Shown here: piece by piece, positions 13,255 through 27,200 of the stretch
How positions within the stretch are numbered: the first letter of the stretch is position 1
Layout of the letters: the number at the start of each line of letters is the position of its first letter
From: Trichosphaerium sp. ATCC 40318
Taxonomy: Eukaryota > Protista > Tubulinea
Direction of reading: 5' to 3'
NCBI GenBank assembly: GCA_038496445.1
Contig: JALMLS010000309.1
Location: 1-64,000, forward strand
Length of the DNA: 64,000 nt
Program-made: the position numbers and the translations under genes
The notes under the pieces: model-generated
Database searches by the model: none
The model's input: only the letters and a program-made list of their open reading frames with translations
What the model was told of the DNA's origin: nothing

Positions 13255-15515
13255 CTACTCCGCAGATTCTTGGTTGTTGCTGTACTCCTTTATGATTGAC
13301 GCTGAACAAAATTCACCAATAAGAACAGCAGTTGCCAAAGTGTTGGCAGTGACTGTGACAAAATGTTAGCTAAAGTAACTATCAAAGTACGCGTGCCTAT
13401 TGTTGGGATTACACTGCAATCAGCAACCCTTAAATTTGAAACACCTCTAACCCTTCAAAAAAATATGTATCACGTGATTGAAAATCTAATGTTAAACTCG
13501 ATACCTCAAGTTTTCTTGGTCAACAACACTCATCTTGTCAGAGGCAACTCCCATCTTACATGTACCAACCTTAAAAAATCATTATGAAAAAGACATGAAC
13601 GAATAACAATATTTGTTGTACAGGGTGATCAAATGTCTCAATATGTGATCTAACATATTCCTCGAGCTCTTCCTTTGTCGTGACATTTTTACTAGGCTTA
13701 TACTCTTCTTTGATTATCCTATCGAATGCACTAAAGCAGTAATCAACAAGAGCACCTATGGTTTTTCCAAACGCACCAATGTGTTCCTATCTCACGCATT
13801 CTTTGCAAACCTTACTCGTTGTTAACAGCATTTAACCCAGATTTTAACTATCAATACCTTCAACCAGTATCGTCACATCATCAGGATGCTCAAGAAAGTT
13901 AGCATTAATCAATGGAGCATCAAATGGACTACGAGAACCAAGAGTGATTTCGCCTTTCAACAAAAGTTAGCATGTAAGGAGTAGCTACTTTGTATTCACC
14001 TCTACTCTTTGGAGTCAAGTTATTAACGCAAAAGGTATAACCTGCGGATGGTGGATGTTTACCAGACCTATTGTATTCAGCGGGAAGTGGTTACTAAGTA
14101 CTTACATATCCACAAGCAAGTTGGCTGCAGTCAGTTGGATATTTGGTGTATCACTCTTTACAGAACGGCCGTTAAGATATCCATTAGTTTCTGCGCATCC
14201 ACTGCTAGATCGGATGTTGCTTGGGTTCTTAGACAACACGAGATAAGGGGCCAGAACGTGATCCTTTTCAAAATTGTTAAAACAAACACATGAGCTATAA
14301 AACCTACCTGAAAGTTCTTCCCAACGCCACATAAATCCATTACCAACGGTATATCGTATTTATCAAGGGTCTCTTTAGGCCCAATACCACTTAGCATAAG
14401 AATTTGAGGACTTTGTATGGTTCCTAGGACACTGTTAAAACGCTTCTTAATATAGGACCATTTTTTTCTTTTTACGCTCACCTGCACAAAGAATAACCTC
14501 AGTTTTAGCATGGATGACGAAATCGTTATCATTGCTGTGACATGAAACTCCAGTCACCTTTTGACCTTCAGTATTGACTTTTGTCACCATTGTGTTGCAG
14601 ATAATGTCCAAGTTTGGCAGTTTTTTCAAAGCCTCTTTAGACAAATACCCATCCGCAATAGAGCAACGCGATGAGTCCGCAAAGTGATTCACTTGCAAAT
14701 AAGAAACGCCCTCCTTTTGAATTTCGTTATATTGCTTGTAGTAAGGTATGCCTAAACTTGTTGCTGCCTCAATGAAGCAACTACTGAGTTAAAAAAGAGA
14801 AAACACGTTAACACAAAATAACACATTTAATCGTACTGCCCAACAGGGTCTACTTTGTCGAGATAGACGTCATTGATACGCACTCCAGCGACAGATTTAT
14901 CAGTATCAGAACGAGCCATGATCTCTAACTTGTCAAAGAGAGGCCATACTTTGTCAGGAGACCAAGCAGTACATCCTTGACAAAAAAATATTAGCTTAAA
15001 AATACTTTCAACGCATGTGTTTGCTTACCGTCATTAGCCCAAGCTTGAAGATTCTTCTTATGGGGCCTCATCCATACCTACCAAAAATATAAGAATTGAG
15101 AAAAAGGTAAGTAATCATACAGTTGCGTTAATAGCGGAAGAGCCTCCAAGTACTTTACCACGTGGCACGAACAGTTGTCTATTATTTCAGTTAACTAACT
15201 TTCGCGATCAAGTGACAATATCCACGTACCTTCCAGTCACGTGATCTTGTTTAGTTGTACTAAACGCCCAATCATAATCGCTAAACAAAACTCAGCTCTT
15301 CCATAGAGAAAAACAAAGTAATACCCTTTAAACGCTGCACCGTATGCTGTTGGATCGTCTAGTATTGGTGTATCTAGCTTATTACTATCAGCACCTGCTT
15401 CAACAATAACGACTGTTTTAGATGGCAATGCTTCAGCTATACGACGAGCGATTACGCATCCACTGCTACCTCCACCCACTATTACAAAGTCAAAAGTTTG
15501 ACCGGTTGTTTCCAT
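13255..15515 (-). CDS. GMC (glucose-methanol-choline) oxidoreductase, multi-exon
   Basis: [77 protein letters not shown]. Confidence 0.93.
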
Positions 15516-16542
15516 TATGGTTAAAAGTTTTTTTATACCTAAATGTGTTCCGCACACGCTCCTCGGAAAATCTTTCTACGAATTTCTGTTAAGCGGGCAT
15601 AATTATTTGTCCGCTCCCAAGTTTGGATTAAACTGCTTTATTTGATCTTTCTTATCGCTTGGATTGTATAGTTTTAAAGTGCTGACACGTGTAAGCAACC
15701 AGTTGTTACGTAGTATGGCGTTACAATTGGTATAAAGGTAGAGCTAGAACTTAATCTTGAGAAGTGCGTATCTACTGGAAGCTAATCATTGCTTGTTGTA
15801 ACGTTTGACCGCAGGGTTATTCAAGGAATGTAACCCTTTTTAGGAAACGTTGATAAAGTTAAGTTATTAAAACTGAATCTGTTTATTTGCTTCAAACAAA
15901 ATTACAAAATATGTTTGTAAGAAACATTTGTTGTGGGATGAATCACAAGGTTGGTCTCAGGATTCTTCTCTGAACAAATGTTACACTTATGATGGTTATA
16001 TACATAGATAGTTATTTGTGCTACAAGTTCATTGGCCTTTGTTTCACGTTCAGATTGTCGGCAGTTTTAACAACAAGGATATCACACAACCTGTTGAACG
16101 GTAATACGCAACAATAGTGACTATACAAGAGCTACGAGAAAAAAGATGAAAAAATTAAAAAAATTCAGCATTAGATTGGACAACATTGTCAATATAAGGG
16201 AGACGCGCTGAGGAAAGACGCTCAGTCTTTGGTGGCTCTAGTGTAGCCACACGAGCGGATTTATTCTACATTTAAGAACACTCGTGTGAATTGCAAATGT
16301 GTTTGAAGAAAATAAAGAAATAATTTTTACAAAAAAAGAAAAAGGATTTTAGGGAGGGTGAGGGGATGTTTTGATTGCTACTCGCCATTGTTGTTGTTGT
16401 TTCCTATTGTGTCCTTCGATATTGACAGTCTTGTTCAGTCCAACCAAACGCTTGAAATGTTCCACATCTTCATTCAACAAACAACAAAATTCAATCAAGT
16501 TCTTTTTCATTGCGTTTTTCTTACGCGTAACTGTAAAAACGA

Positions 16543-18005
16543 ATGTACAGTAATCCAGAACCACCTCCAGGAGTAACAGTAACCGTATCATCAACGGTTG
16601 ACAATACATCTTTCCTACCCCACTTAAAAGCACTTCTACCGCCTGACAATGCAGTAAAAACTACTACAGACGAAGAAAACGCGTCTTCGGGCTGTATCTT
16701 GTGGGATGCAAGGTAAAATACCTGTAACCGCCAACGTACTAACGCCCTTAAGCTCTAATAGCGAAATAGCAGCTTTTTTACATTCCAACAATATCGTACA
16801 GGTAGTTTCAGCTAGAATTGCCTTCACAGGCTTAGCAAACCCAAGGCTAAACGTAAATACCATACAAATCGCTTTTTGAAGTAATTCTAAAGCCACTATT
16901 AAGGAAATATGCTTTGGCATTTTAGCAAATATGGCACTCATCGAACCTGCTCTAGAACTCATCACAAATGATATGTATTCGTTAACAATGGATTTTTTGA
17001 TGAGCACAGATGACGTACAGACACTCACAGAAATCTGTAGGTAAGCAGCAATGTTCTTTAAAGGAAACTAAGTAATTCATTAGACTTCTTCATGTTTGTG
17101 TTAAAAATAACTCTGCACGTGGTTCATGGATGAAGCGTCTAGAACAAAAAGCGGTTATACAGCACCTGATATTTTTCCTAAAAAATTCACTAAGTACGCC
17201 TAGCGTTGTTCTTTTGCAACTGCTCTTAAAAACGACTTTGAGTTCTTCTCACATGATTCATTTAGATGGTCCTTTAATAGAGCGACTTGGATACTTGTTT
17301 AGTAACTTGCTTCACTATAGTCCTACAATAACACAGTTTGCGATATCAAAGGGCTTGGTGGATACATTAGTTAGTTTAATTACCGTACATTTGCGCGGGG
17401 AAGAGGATAGAGACGTAGCAGAGCGTGAAACTTTTAGGTTCTTTTTTTTACAGTTTTACCAAGATAACAGTTGAGTAGTCCAGACTCCCTTGCTGCTATC
17501 CTAAAGGTAGTTGAGGTACTGAGTGCTATTGATGCACTGGAAAACAGCCTTAAGGAACACAATGGATTATCTAAAGCGCTATTTATGGCATTCAGGAGAC
17601 AAGACAATCCACGTTGTATCAAGTCACTCACAACTTGCTTTATAAATATCCCAACAAACTACTTTAAAACTGGTAAGTTAATTTCACGTTCTCGGTACTT
17701 ACCTGTATGAAGAGGATGGTTTTATACAATCAGTATGTTATCACATGTCTATGGGTTACCCCATTGATGTATACATGCTACTGTGGATGTTATTTGTAGT
17801 TCAAGTTGAGGAACTATCAGAAAAAGATGAAGTTGTTTTATCGTTGATTTCAAAGAACTTGGAGCAAATTTATGGTTCACTTGCTGGTTATAATATCGAA
17901 CAAAACATTCAATTGTGTGAGTATATTAAAGCAACTGGTATTCACGTTAAAAGATTGATGCCAAATGTATGGAAAAACTGGAGTCAAAAGTGGCCTGTAC
18001 AATAA
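16543..18005 (+). CDS. SAAL1: SAAL1-like ARM-fold protein, multi-exon
   Basis: MYSNPEPPP, GCILWDAS, NPRLNEICFGILANMA and TLTEICRLL match remembered SAAL1 motifs (RNPSPPP, CRVWDMS, PRLREICVGILGNMA, TLLETSRLL). Confidence 0.8.
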
Positions 18006-19689
18006 CAAAGAAAACAATAACCTATTTCGTCAGTATTTGATCAATTATCCCAGTAGCATGTGTTTCCATTAAGAAGATAATAGGGTAGCAATGATAGTAA
18101 AGGGTAACAGCTGCAGCTGGAATTTGAGTCAGATTAGATACGTTTTGTACCAATTTCTTTTTTTGTTCTGACTGAGAAGTCATTTTGTTTACCACCTTGT
18201 TCTCAATACCCTGGTTTGCAAGCTACTAAATCGTCAGTGTGGGCCAGAAGACCTTTTGTTGAACATAGAGTTCCCTTTCAAGGTGCCCTTACTACCAAGC
18301 GAAAGACGTGAAAGTTTAGTACAGCAAAATTGCCCTTGATAACATACCAGTGACATAGCCTATCTAGCTTAATTTTAGCCAAATTATGCGAACATGAAGC
18401 TTTCCTTTACACCTTCTTAGGAATTAAATTCAATTCACGTTTACTAGCTATAATTACTCTATTAGGTGAACAACTCACAAAATTTCCTTTTTTAGAAAGT
18501 ACTTTGTCCTAACGCAACATCTCTTTTTAAAGTAAAAACAAATACATGTAGTTACCATAGCAATTATCCTATCTTCTATGGTATATCCATCATCGCCTAG
18601 AACATGTAGAGAAGAATGCATTAATTTAACTATCTGAGCCTCAATATAATTAACCCAAAAGTATGTATAATCACGTGCTAAGCTAAATGTATTGAAGCAT
18701 GCAAGGCAGTACCGGCATCAACTAGCTACGACATTCATGAGCTAAAGCAACCTGACACCATCAAAAATCACTTCATTTTAATGACAACCTAAGACCAATA
18801 GGTTGGGATTGGAGTTTAGCCTGTTCAAACTGTTGTGGGCATGTTGGGGATTTAGTGTTGCATACGTATTCTCAATAGTATTTAGTGAAGCTTGCATAGA
18901 CAATTTTTGTTTTCACGATTAATCACAAGTCATTGTAAAGAACGCGCAAAATAGTCTGTTAGAACCATTTGTACTACAATGTTAAATAATTTAACTCTAT
19001 AAATATTGCAGCATACGGTCCCTTGGCTAGACATCAGAAATCAGAATACTTGCCTAAGGTAACCTTGCAATTAGGCAGTTGATAATATAGTGGCTCTGTA
19101 TGTCATAAGCGTATAAGTTACGAAGCTTACTGTGCATATAATTCAACGGACCGTAAGTCTCCTGGTTCTTTCTGATAATCGGTAAAACTAAAAATCCGGA
19201 AACAAAAAGATCAGCAACGCTAATACAACATAACTACAGTCACGGAACTGGTTCTCATGAAACCCAACTATCGCACGACTATTCTCGTATCACTTAGCGC
19301 AAGTATTTATTGAATAGGATTGGCCATAGCGTAGTGTGATTGTTTGCTATAGGCCTAATCCACTAAAAACCAACAATCTCCTTTTCTTTCCCACTTAGTG
19401 TATCATTAACAAATCATAGTACCCTTTTTGCTGCGCCGTCGTTTCAAGGCACGAAAATCTAAGTTGTACAATAACTTGCACACGATGTCTTTACCACTGT
19501 TTCTCGTGAATCCATGTGGCTTTTTGTAGTTTTGTAGTTTTCTGTAAAACGCATGAACTCTAAAATGTGCTCTTTAAACCCTCGACTAATGTGTTACTAC
19601 TTAAACTAGCGGTTGAGGATACATAGCCAAGTCGTGATTCACTTATTACACAAGTCAAGAAAATCTTAACTTAACAACACGCTAACACC

Positions 19690-21824
19690 ATGGCAACAAC
19701 TCATTTGCTTGTCATAGTACTAGTACTTTATACTTACCAAGTATACGGTCAGTTTGACGCCAATGCTGTCATTGTAAGCGCCGAGAGTCCAGAGAAAGGT
19801 TTTGATATACGTCTTCTTGAAGATACTTCTATTATTCTACAAAGTACGTGACCTCAACTACGTTAATCGTCCACTCTGTATATCAAGATAAATGATCTTA
19901 TCTTGATTTAATGTACACGTACATCGTGGCTTTTGTAATAGTTCAGGAAAATAAAATAACTTTATTTTTTGTTATTTCAATAATTATGCTTATCGGATTT
20001 CAAGGTTGTAGAGATGATATTTATGATGTCGATGGCGCTTTATCAATGGCTTATTTACCTTCTGAAAATCTACTGTTTATAACAGAGGGAGTAGTAACAG
20101 GTAATAAACCGAATTTTTTTGTGGTTGATCCTGTCACGTGCGAAATCAAGGTACCAAAAAAAAAAACAATTCACTTCGCCGTTTTTTTCGTAAAATTCGA
20201 AAACACAAGTTTTACGACTCTTCACAGACTTGATTGCATTTAATTTGATCAAGTGATAATGCTTGTATTACGAGAGGATTTTTTTTTCTGATAATACATT
20301 GTAGAGATCTTGTTTTTTGCTTGAGACAATCCAAAATCTTGGTGTTGATAGAAGAACTGGTATCTTATACGGAGTTGGAGCCTTAGGGTTTTCTACTATT
20401 ACTATAAACTATACAACATGCGATCTTGAGTTTAAGCACTTTTGTCAAGAACCACAACGAAGTATCGGAGCAGGAGGAAGTACGAATGCTACTCAAATCA
20501 AACTTCACTCAAATCTAATCTTTTGTAGTTTCGATTATTGGCCGCACTGCCATTAGAGCAGGGCGCGATACGATACAGATACTACCAGAATTTCGCCGTG
20601 CAAATTGTACACCTAATATTACGATTGAAGAAGTAAACAGGCGGAATATTTTTAGAGGTAAGACAAGTAAACTCTTTTTTGGAAAAAAAAAAGAACAAAG
20701 ACGGTTTTGTTGTATATTTTTCTCCTTTCTTTGAGTACAATGTGGTGCTAATAGTATACTATTAATATTAGATATTGCTCCTATTTCAAAAGATCAAGTA
20801 ATCCTCAGGGGAGCTCAGAGAAAGATTATATTGAACACAACCTCACTCGATGTAACCAATTTCAATGGACCATTACCTGGAAATGGCCTCGCTTCTATTT
20901 TTCATCGTAACATTCCAACACTTGTAACAGCAAAAGGAAGAGATATAGGGTTTGATTACAGATTTGCATCAAAGCCAGACAATATAATAGGCTGTAAGTC
21001 GCAATATTTGCCCAAAGAGGTATCATCTAACTTTTTCTTTTTTTCTTGTAGCTTGTGACAACCCAGAGCTTGGAGGTTTTGCAAACGCGTTGGCCTACCA
21101 TGAAGGTCTTGATAGAGTACTATATGTTAGTTCGGAGCTACCAAACAGAGTGTATTTAGTCAATCCATATAATTGTAAAATTGTACGTGACTTTTGGAGT
21201 TTTCCTTTTTTGAACAACTTTCTCACGTGTTTTTACAGAAAAAGACTTGTTTTGGCGGGGGTACTATATTCGGCATTGCTGTTGACCAAGAAACTGGTAA
21301 AGTTTATATTGATGTAGCCGGTGACTTGACTCTTGAGATGGACTTAGATAAATGTTCTTTCAAAAGTCATTGTACTGATCAAACTGAGCTAGCTGGAGGA
21401 AGTAAGTCGCGTTGGTTTTTTTTTAACATTGAGCTAATGTTTCTTTCTTACAGTTACGATTTTAAATGGTGTCATGTACGCTGGAAGGACTATACTAAAG
21501 GAAGCTTCTGGTTTTAGAGACGGATCATGCGCACAAACAAGAGCACTGACGGATATTGGCTCGTGTAGAATAAGAGGTACGAAAAACAATAAAAAAAACT
21601 AACTTACTTTTTGTGTTTGTGCTTCCATGTCTTTTTGTCTAATGATTTTTTTGTAATAAATAGGTCTCACTGCTATTTCAAATAATACTTTGATCGCTTC
21701 TTGCGCTGAACAACGATTGCTTAAGATAGATATTCCTACTTTTACATTTGAAGTTATCGAATCAAGTGAAATACAAACTGACGGATTAACTTCATTTGGG
21801 TTGGATACAAGTCGCCTCCAGTGA
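19690..21824 (+). CDS. Secreted Cys-containing beta-rich (propeller-like) protein with two homologous halves
   Basis: Signal-like MATTHLLVIVLVLYTYQVYG. Blade-like motifs LAYHEGLDRVLYV and GIAVDQETGKVY. Nine exons joined by GT-AG introns in consistent phase. Confidence 0.7.
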
Positions 21825-22437
21825 ACGAACCACAGTGTATACATTAAAAAAAATGAACTAAAAGGCATACATGCTACCTCCTGTCCGGTTTTTCCTCAAC
21901 AAACTCTAACTTTTTGCGTCAAACCAAAGTTCTCAAGTGGGTGTCAATTAAGAACTACAAAACTACGGTTTTACCACTTTGTCGTTTGGTACCTTCTATA
22001 TTTAGTTCCTCATAAAAAAGCACGTGATATGCAATTGTTCCCAGGGTACCGCGTTCAACCTTCAATCCTGTAGTTGTCTTCCAGACTCCATACAACCACA
22101 ATGGATTTTATACCTATAGCAAAACCAATGAATACTCTAGCAACTAGTAAGAGGTGTTGCATTGTTGGTGCTAATATTTATTTAAGAAATCTATTCCTAA
22201 TCATATTTGATTCTAGATCTGGTTTAGCAAGTTCTTCATACACGTGTCATTTTTGGACTGTTTGAGATGTTGCATAAGTTAGCAAGACGTTTTCAGAAAA
22301 ATTAGCTACCACGTACAACAGCAACAATATTAATACTTAGTCTTGTATTATCCAAATTGCATCTTCCGAAAAGAAAAGAGAAAAAAAAAAACCAAAATAC
22401 AAAGCAAACGAGTTTTGGTTGGGTACAGAGTATATCT

Positions 22438-23520
22438 TTATTTATCCTCAAGAATATTCACTACAGTCCCCTCCAATGCCTTAACCCCTTCTTCAGTAAC
22501 ACGAGTATTAAATGCAGATATGTAGGATGCTCCAGCAAGTGCCTTTATGCTTTCATTAGTTGTTGAAGTGCCATTAACGGAAATAGTGTGTACACCAACA
22601 AGTGCTTTGACTCCTTCATCTGTTACTGAAGTACCACTAAGATAAATAGTATGAACTCCTGCAAGCGCCTTTACACCTTCATCTGTTACTGAGGTACGAT
22701 TAAGGCGAATCAGATGAACTCCAGCAAGTGCTTTAATACCTTTATCTGTTACTGAAGTGTAATTAAGGTCAATTGTATGTACTCCAGCGAGTGCTTTGAC
22801 TCCTTCATCAGTTGTTGAAGTGCCACTTAGGGAAATAGTGTGTACACCGGCAAGTGCTTTAATACCTTTATCTGTTACTGAAGTGTAATAGAGGTCAATA
22901 GTATGTACCCCCGCAAGTGCTTTAACACCTTCATCAGTTACTGAAGTATAAGTAAGGTCAATATTATGTACTCCCGCAAGTGCTTTAATACCTTCATCTG
23001 TTACTGAAGTGTAACTAAGGTCAATAGTATGAACTTCAGCAAGTGCTTTGATACCTTCATCTGTGATTCTGCAACACTTGCCAAGATTAATTGCATGTAC
23101 TCCAGAAAGTGCTTTTAACCCTTCATCTGTTATAAGCCGACAACTAACAAGATCAATTGTGTGTACTCCAGCAAGTGCTTTTATACCTTCATCTGTGATA
23201 CTGCGACACCTAGCAAGATTAATTGCATGTACTCCAGCAAATTGCTTGATAATATTATCATCAACATCATAGCCAATGTTGATTTTTGAATATTTCAGAA
23301 TTCCAGGATGTTTTACAGCTGATTTTGCTTGAGATAATGTTGTAATTTTAATGGCGTGGTATCCAATAATATCATGAACAATGGAAGCAAGGAAATGACA
23401 GGTTTGACAAGCAGCAAATCGCGCTTTGGTTGTTTGACGCAAAATATGCGCTATTATCTCTGTAGGAAGTAGTAATAAACTTGTCCTGTCTATTTTACAA
23501 CGTTTTGAGGTGGACAGCAT
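22438..23520 (-). CDS. Intronless F-box/LRR protein
   Basis: ATG at 23520, F-box LLLLPTEIIAHIL...ACQTCHFL, then about 12 LRRs of 22-23 aa (VHTIDLxxTSVTDEGxKALAG). Confidence 0.9.
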   Translation of the reverse strand: MLSTSKRCKIDRTSLLLLPTEIIAHILRQTTKARFAACQTCHFLASIVHDIIGYHAIKITTLSQAKSAVKHPGILKYSKINIGYDVDDNIIKQFAGVHAINLARCRSITDEGIKALAGVHTIDLVSCRLITDEGLKALSGVHAINLGKCCRITDEGIKALAEVHTIDLSYTSVTDEGIKALAGVHNIDLTYTSVTDEGVKALAGVHTIDLYYTSVTDKGIKALAGVHTISLSGTSTTDEGVKALAGVHTIDLNYTSVTDKGIKALAGVHLIRLNRTSVTDEGVKALAGVHTIYLSGTSVTDEGVKALVGVHTISVNGTSTTNESIKALAGASYISAFNTRVTEEGVKALEGTVVNILEDK

Positions 23521-24231
23521 AATATAATTTAGATCAAGTGGCAAAAAATTACCAAGTAACAATAAGCCATAATTGACCTAAAGGGACCTGTATAATGGTA
23601 AAATCATTGGTTCGAAATCGTGTACCTTAAGGGCAGTTTCAAACATATTCAATCATTTATCGTTTGAGATCCAAAGTTGCTTGTTTAATTAATAACAAAT
23701 ATTAATGAAATCAATCTAGTTGATTTAGCTAACATTTATTGTTTGAAATTGTGTACCTTAAGGGTGACAGTGTTTAATGGTGAAGGGATCGTAACTCTTA
23801 TTTTTGCTGTGGTACATGCCTAGGCATGTGGAATGTACCATCGTCAATAAACTGACTTAATAAAAAAAAAGGACCTGTACAAGCGTATCTGGTTTGTCAA
23901 CACAAACATGTTTTTTAAAGACTCACAAAGTGTCATGTACTGCACTACGTAGCAGGAAGCCCTTTGACACATAGACCTTTGCCTCATGATTCCTGGCTTT
24001 ACAATACATCAATCTTTTGATAACTCAGTTTTTGTAACCTGTTGTCTTGTAGGTACTTCTTTGTGCAGATGCGTTGTATACTTTCGGTTGCAAAAGTCTC
24101 TGGTAAGCAATTGATTAAGGAAAAAACGTGTTTTGGCCTCATAGCTGTCGCAACTGAATTTTATTGTAAAACAAAGCAATCAACGTCTTCACATCCAAAA
24201 AGGTTTGCAAAAGGGGTTTATAGATTATTAA

Positions 24232-27200
24232 TTAAGCCAATACTTTAGCCATTACAACTTGAAGAAGTTGACCAGTTGCCTTTGCATGTGGAACACCAGC
24301 TTCAGTTTTAACACGCAAATTAATCTCTCCTCCTGTTATCTTACCAAGGATAAGACAAGTGCTTGTACTTCCAACATATTTACTGCATGCCATAATACGC
24401 TGAGGATCTAAAGAAAATAATTTAGTAAAACAAGCAAGGCGCAAACCATAAAGAAAAATATGATCACGTGGCTTTTTTTTTTCTGGTTTTTTTCTGGTTT
24501 TAGTACCTTTTGGTGTTGGCGCAATACAAAAGTTGTGTGTTGATAAAACATCTGCTACTGCCTTTGTAGACATCGCTTTCGTATTAGGTAGTGTAATATT
24601 GATAAGTTTTTTGACTGCCTTCCATTTTTGTACCCAAGCAGAAGCAGTAACATCAACAGTCCTTAAAAAAAAATTAAACATACAAATGTCAACACTTTTT
24701 TTTGCATTGAAAGCAAAGAACGGATTTCTCGTACCTTACTACATCATCTAAACCAAGAGGAACACTTACAGATTTAGAGTAAGGTTGGAATGCACCAAAT
24801 ATTGTAACCTCACAAGAAACAGAAAGTTCATGACTTGGTGTTTGAGTGCTCATCTTTACAATAACAATTGCTGTTTCTTTCGAAGGTAAACCTCTATAAT
24901 CCATAACGTTTGCAGTCTGCCTGTGCCCACCAATTAGATCAGCTACCATACTCATAGGAGGAGATAGTTTGAAGGATACATTAGCAAGTGGTTGAGCTGT
25001 CTTGTTACTTAAGAAAAAGACAACAACAGCATGGCCTGGTTGGTACACCTTCAAATAAGACAGGTATACATTTGCGTCATTGAAAAGAGGTTGACTAGGC
25101 ATACGAGATCTTGGGAAAGGAAGTATCTATACAACGCGGATTAGTGAGACGATAGTAAGAAGAGAAACATATAAACATACCTCCTTTGATATGAGTTGAG
25201 TTGGGACCAAGTTATGAAGACTGAAATTAGTTGAAGCAAGTTTTTGTTTGGCGTATTCAACAGCAGCAGGTTGTAGAAGATCATCACCGATTGCAGCTTG
25301 CATAACAGGTTGTGCAGGTAGAGTATGAGCATCCAACAAGTTTGCTACAGATAGATAAGTGAACAAAAGTGGCTGCACATGACGTACGTTGCATAACTGG
25401 TTGAATAGTAGGCTGTATAGAAGGTGGCGATTGGATAATATCTGATGAGTTACTCTATAGATTAAAGGTCAGAAACTGTATGTATTTCTTGAGAAAAGAA
25501 TGTATACCTGTACGCTATTAAAAGAATCGTATAGTGAAGGACTTGAGCTATGTCTGCCCATATTAGGTGATGCATAAGCTTGGGGTGGTGATAATGTAGC
25601 ACTGGTATATTGATCTAATTCTAGGAGAGACATTGTTGGTTGACCTTGAGGTACTTGCACAGGAACACCTATACATAAATAGTTTAGATTAAAGTAGTTT
25701 TTGATAAGCAACTTACTCGTATTGATAAGCGAAGGTGCAGAGCTTGACTGGACCATAGCTGGACTTCCTGCTGGTGATAATTCTGCTGCTTGGTTGTAAA
25801 TACTCTTTCTAGGAGCAGAAGGAGATCCTGAACGCCTTTTGACTTTACGACGTCTTTTAACCTTTGCAGATAATGATCTGCCACCGCCACCAAAGAGCAT
25901 AGCTGCTTCTCGTTGATCTTTGCTCAATACTTTTGGTACTTCTTGCTTTGGTTGATTAAAGTTAGGTTGTGTTGCAACAATAGTAGGAGGTTTGAACTAA
26001 AAAGAAATATGGTGAGATCTTGACAAGAAAGGATTGTTCAAACTTACAGTTGGTTCAGGAGAGGTACGTTCAAGGTTAACTGCAGGTGTTGATGCAGATG
26101 GAGGACTAAGCCTGTTTGCAGGCTTGTTTGCCTTGGTTTGGTATCCTGTACGAGACCATGGACCAGTTACTGTTTTGAGTTCGCTTAGAGTCTTCAAAGG
26201 AGCAGGAGAAGTAGATACTTCGGCGCTGACTTCAGCCTCTTGTGCCATTTGATGGGTTTCTACAAACAAAAACATTTAGTGCTTACTGAATACGTTTACG
26301 TATGGCATACCTGCAGCTGCAATGTTCGATGGTTTGGTTGTTACAGCAAACAGACTTCCAGCAGCACTTGACTCAGCGACAACATGTGCATTAGGATTAA
26401 CAGGTGTCTCATATTGTTTGAAAATAATAGCTGGTGCTTTAGGCTTCTTTGGTAAAATCTCTTCATCAAAGTCTGGTCTATTGTATCTAAAGATATAATT
26501 GAGTTTACATAGTAACATTTTGATAAAAATCTAAGCAATTGAGCAGTAGAAGAGCCAAAAAAAATTAGAACGAGAAAAACCACATCATACCTTTTGCATT
26601 TTCCTTGGTTGATCATTGTATTAACATAACCATCGAGGAATCCAAGATTTGGGTCTACATCAATCTCATAACATGTTGAGTCAACAGGTAATACTTGTTG
26701 GAACAGAGAAGGCGTAGAAGCCATGGAGAGAATTTCTTTACACCTGAAAATAATCATCAGCTAATTAATCGAAGAGGATTACTCACCTCTGGTGAAGATC
26801 AGCGTCTCGACTGTTAACATATTTCTCAGCAAGTTCTACTAGATCAGTACAATCAAATCCTTGTTGAGCATGTATTTTTGCCAATGCAGATATAATATAA
26901 CGTCGCACTTCAGGAGCTGGAGAAAAAAAAGGTAAGGATGAAGTTTTCTTAGAAAGATCTTTAAGCGTACTGTTTGAAGGTCTATCGAACAAGTCGAAAA
27001 GACCGTGAATACACTTTTGTGTATCTTCTATAAGGTATGCATACTCGCCTAGAACCCAAGCGATGACACGAACCAAGATGGAAGGCAAAATTTTACGTTC
27101 CAACAAGTCTAAAATGCTATTTAGTAAGGAGAATAATTATCATTTTTCAGCTTACCAAGGTAGCTCTCCACAGCATAAACACGTAATTCCTCATCATCAG

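Noticed and set aside
18006-19689. Long intergenic stretch with coding-like fragments
   Set aside because: No consistent ORF, splice model or recognisable motif could be built.
22500-23260. CRISPR-like regular repeats
   Set aside because: They are in-frame 66-69-nt LRR coding units in a eukaryotic gene, with no cas genes.
23612-23764. ~21-bp direct repeat GAAATYGTGTACCTTAAGGG upstream of the F-box/LRR gene
   Set aside because: Only two short copies, with no element ends or target-site duplication that I can support.
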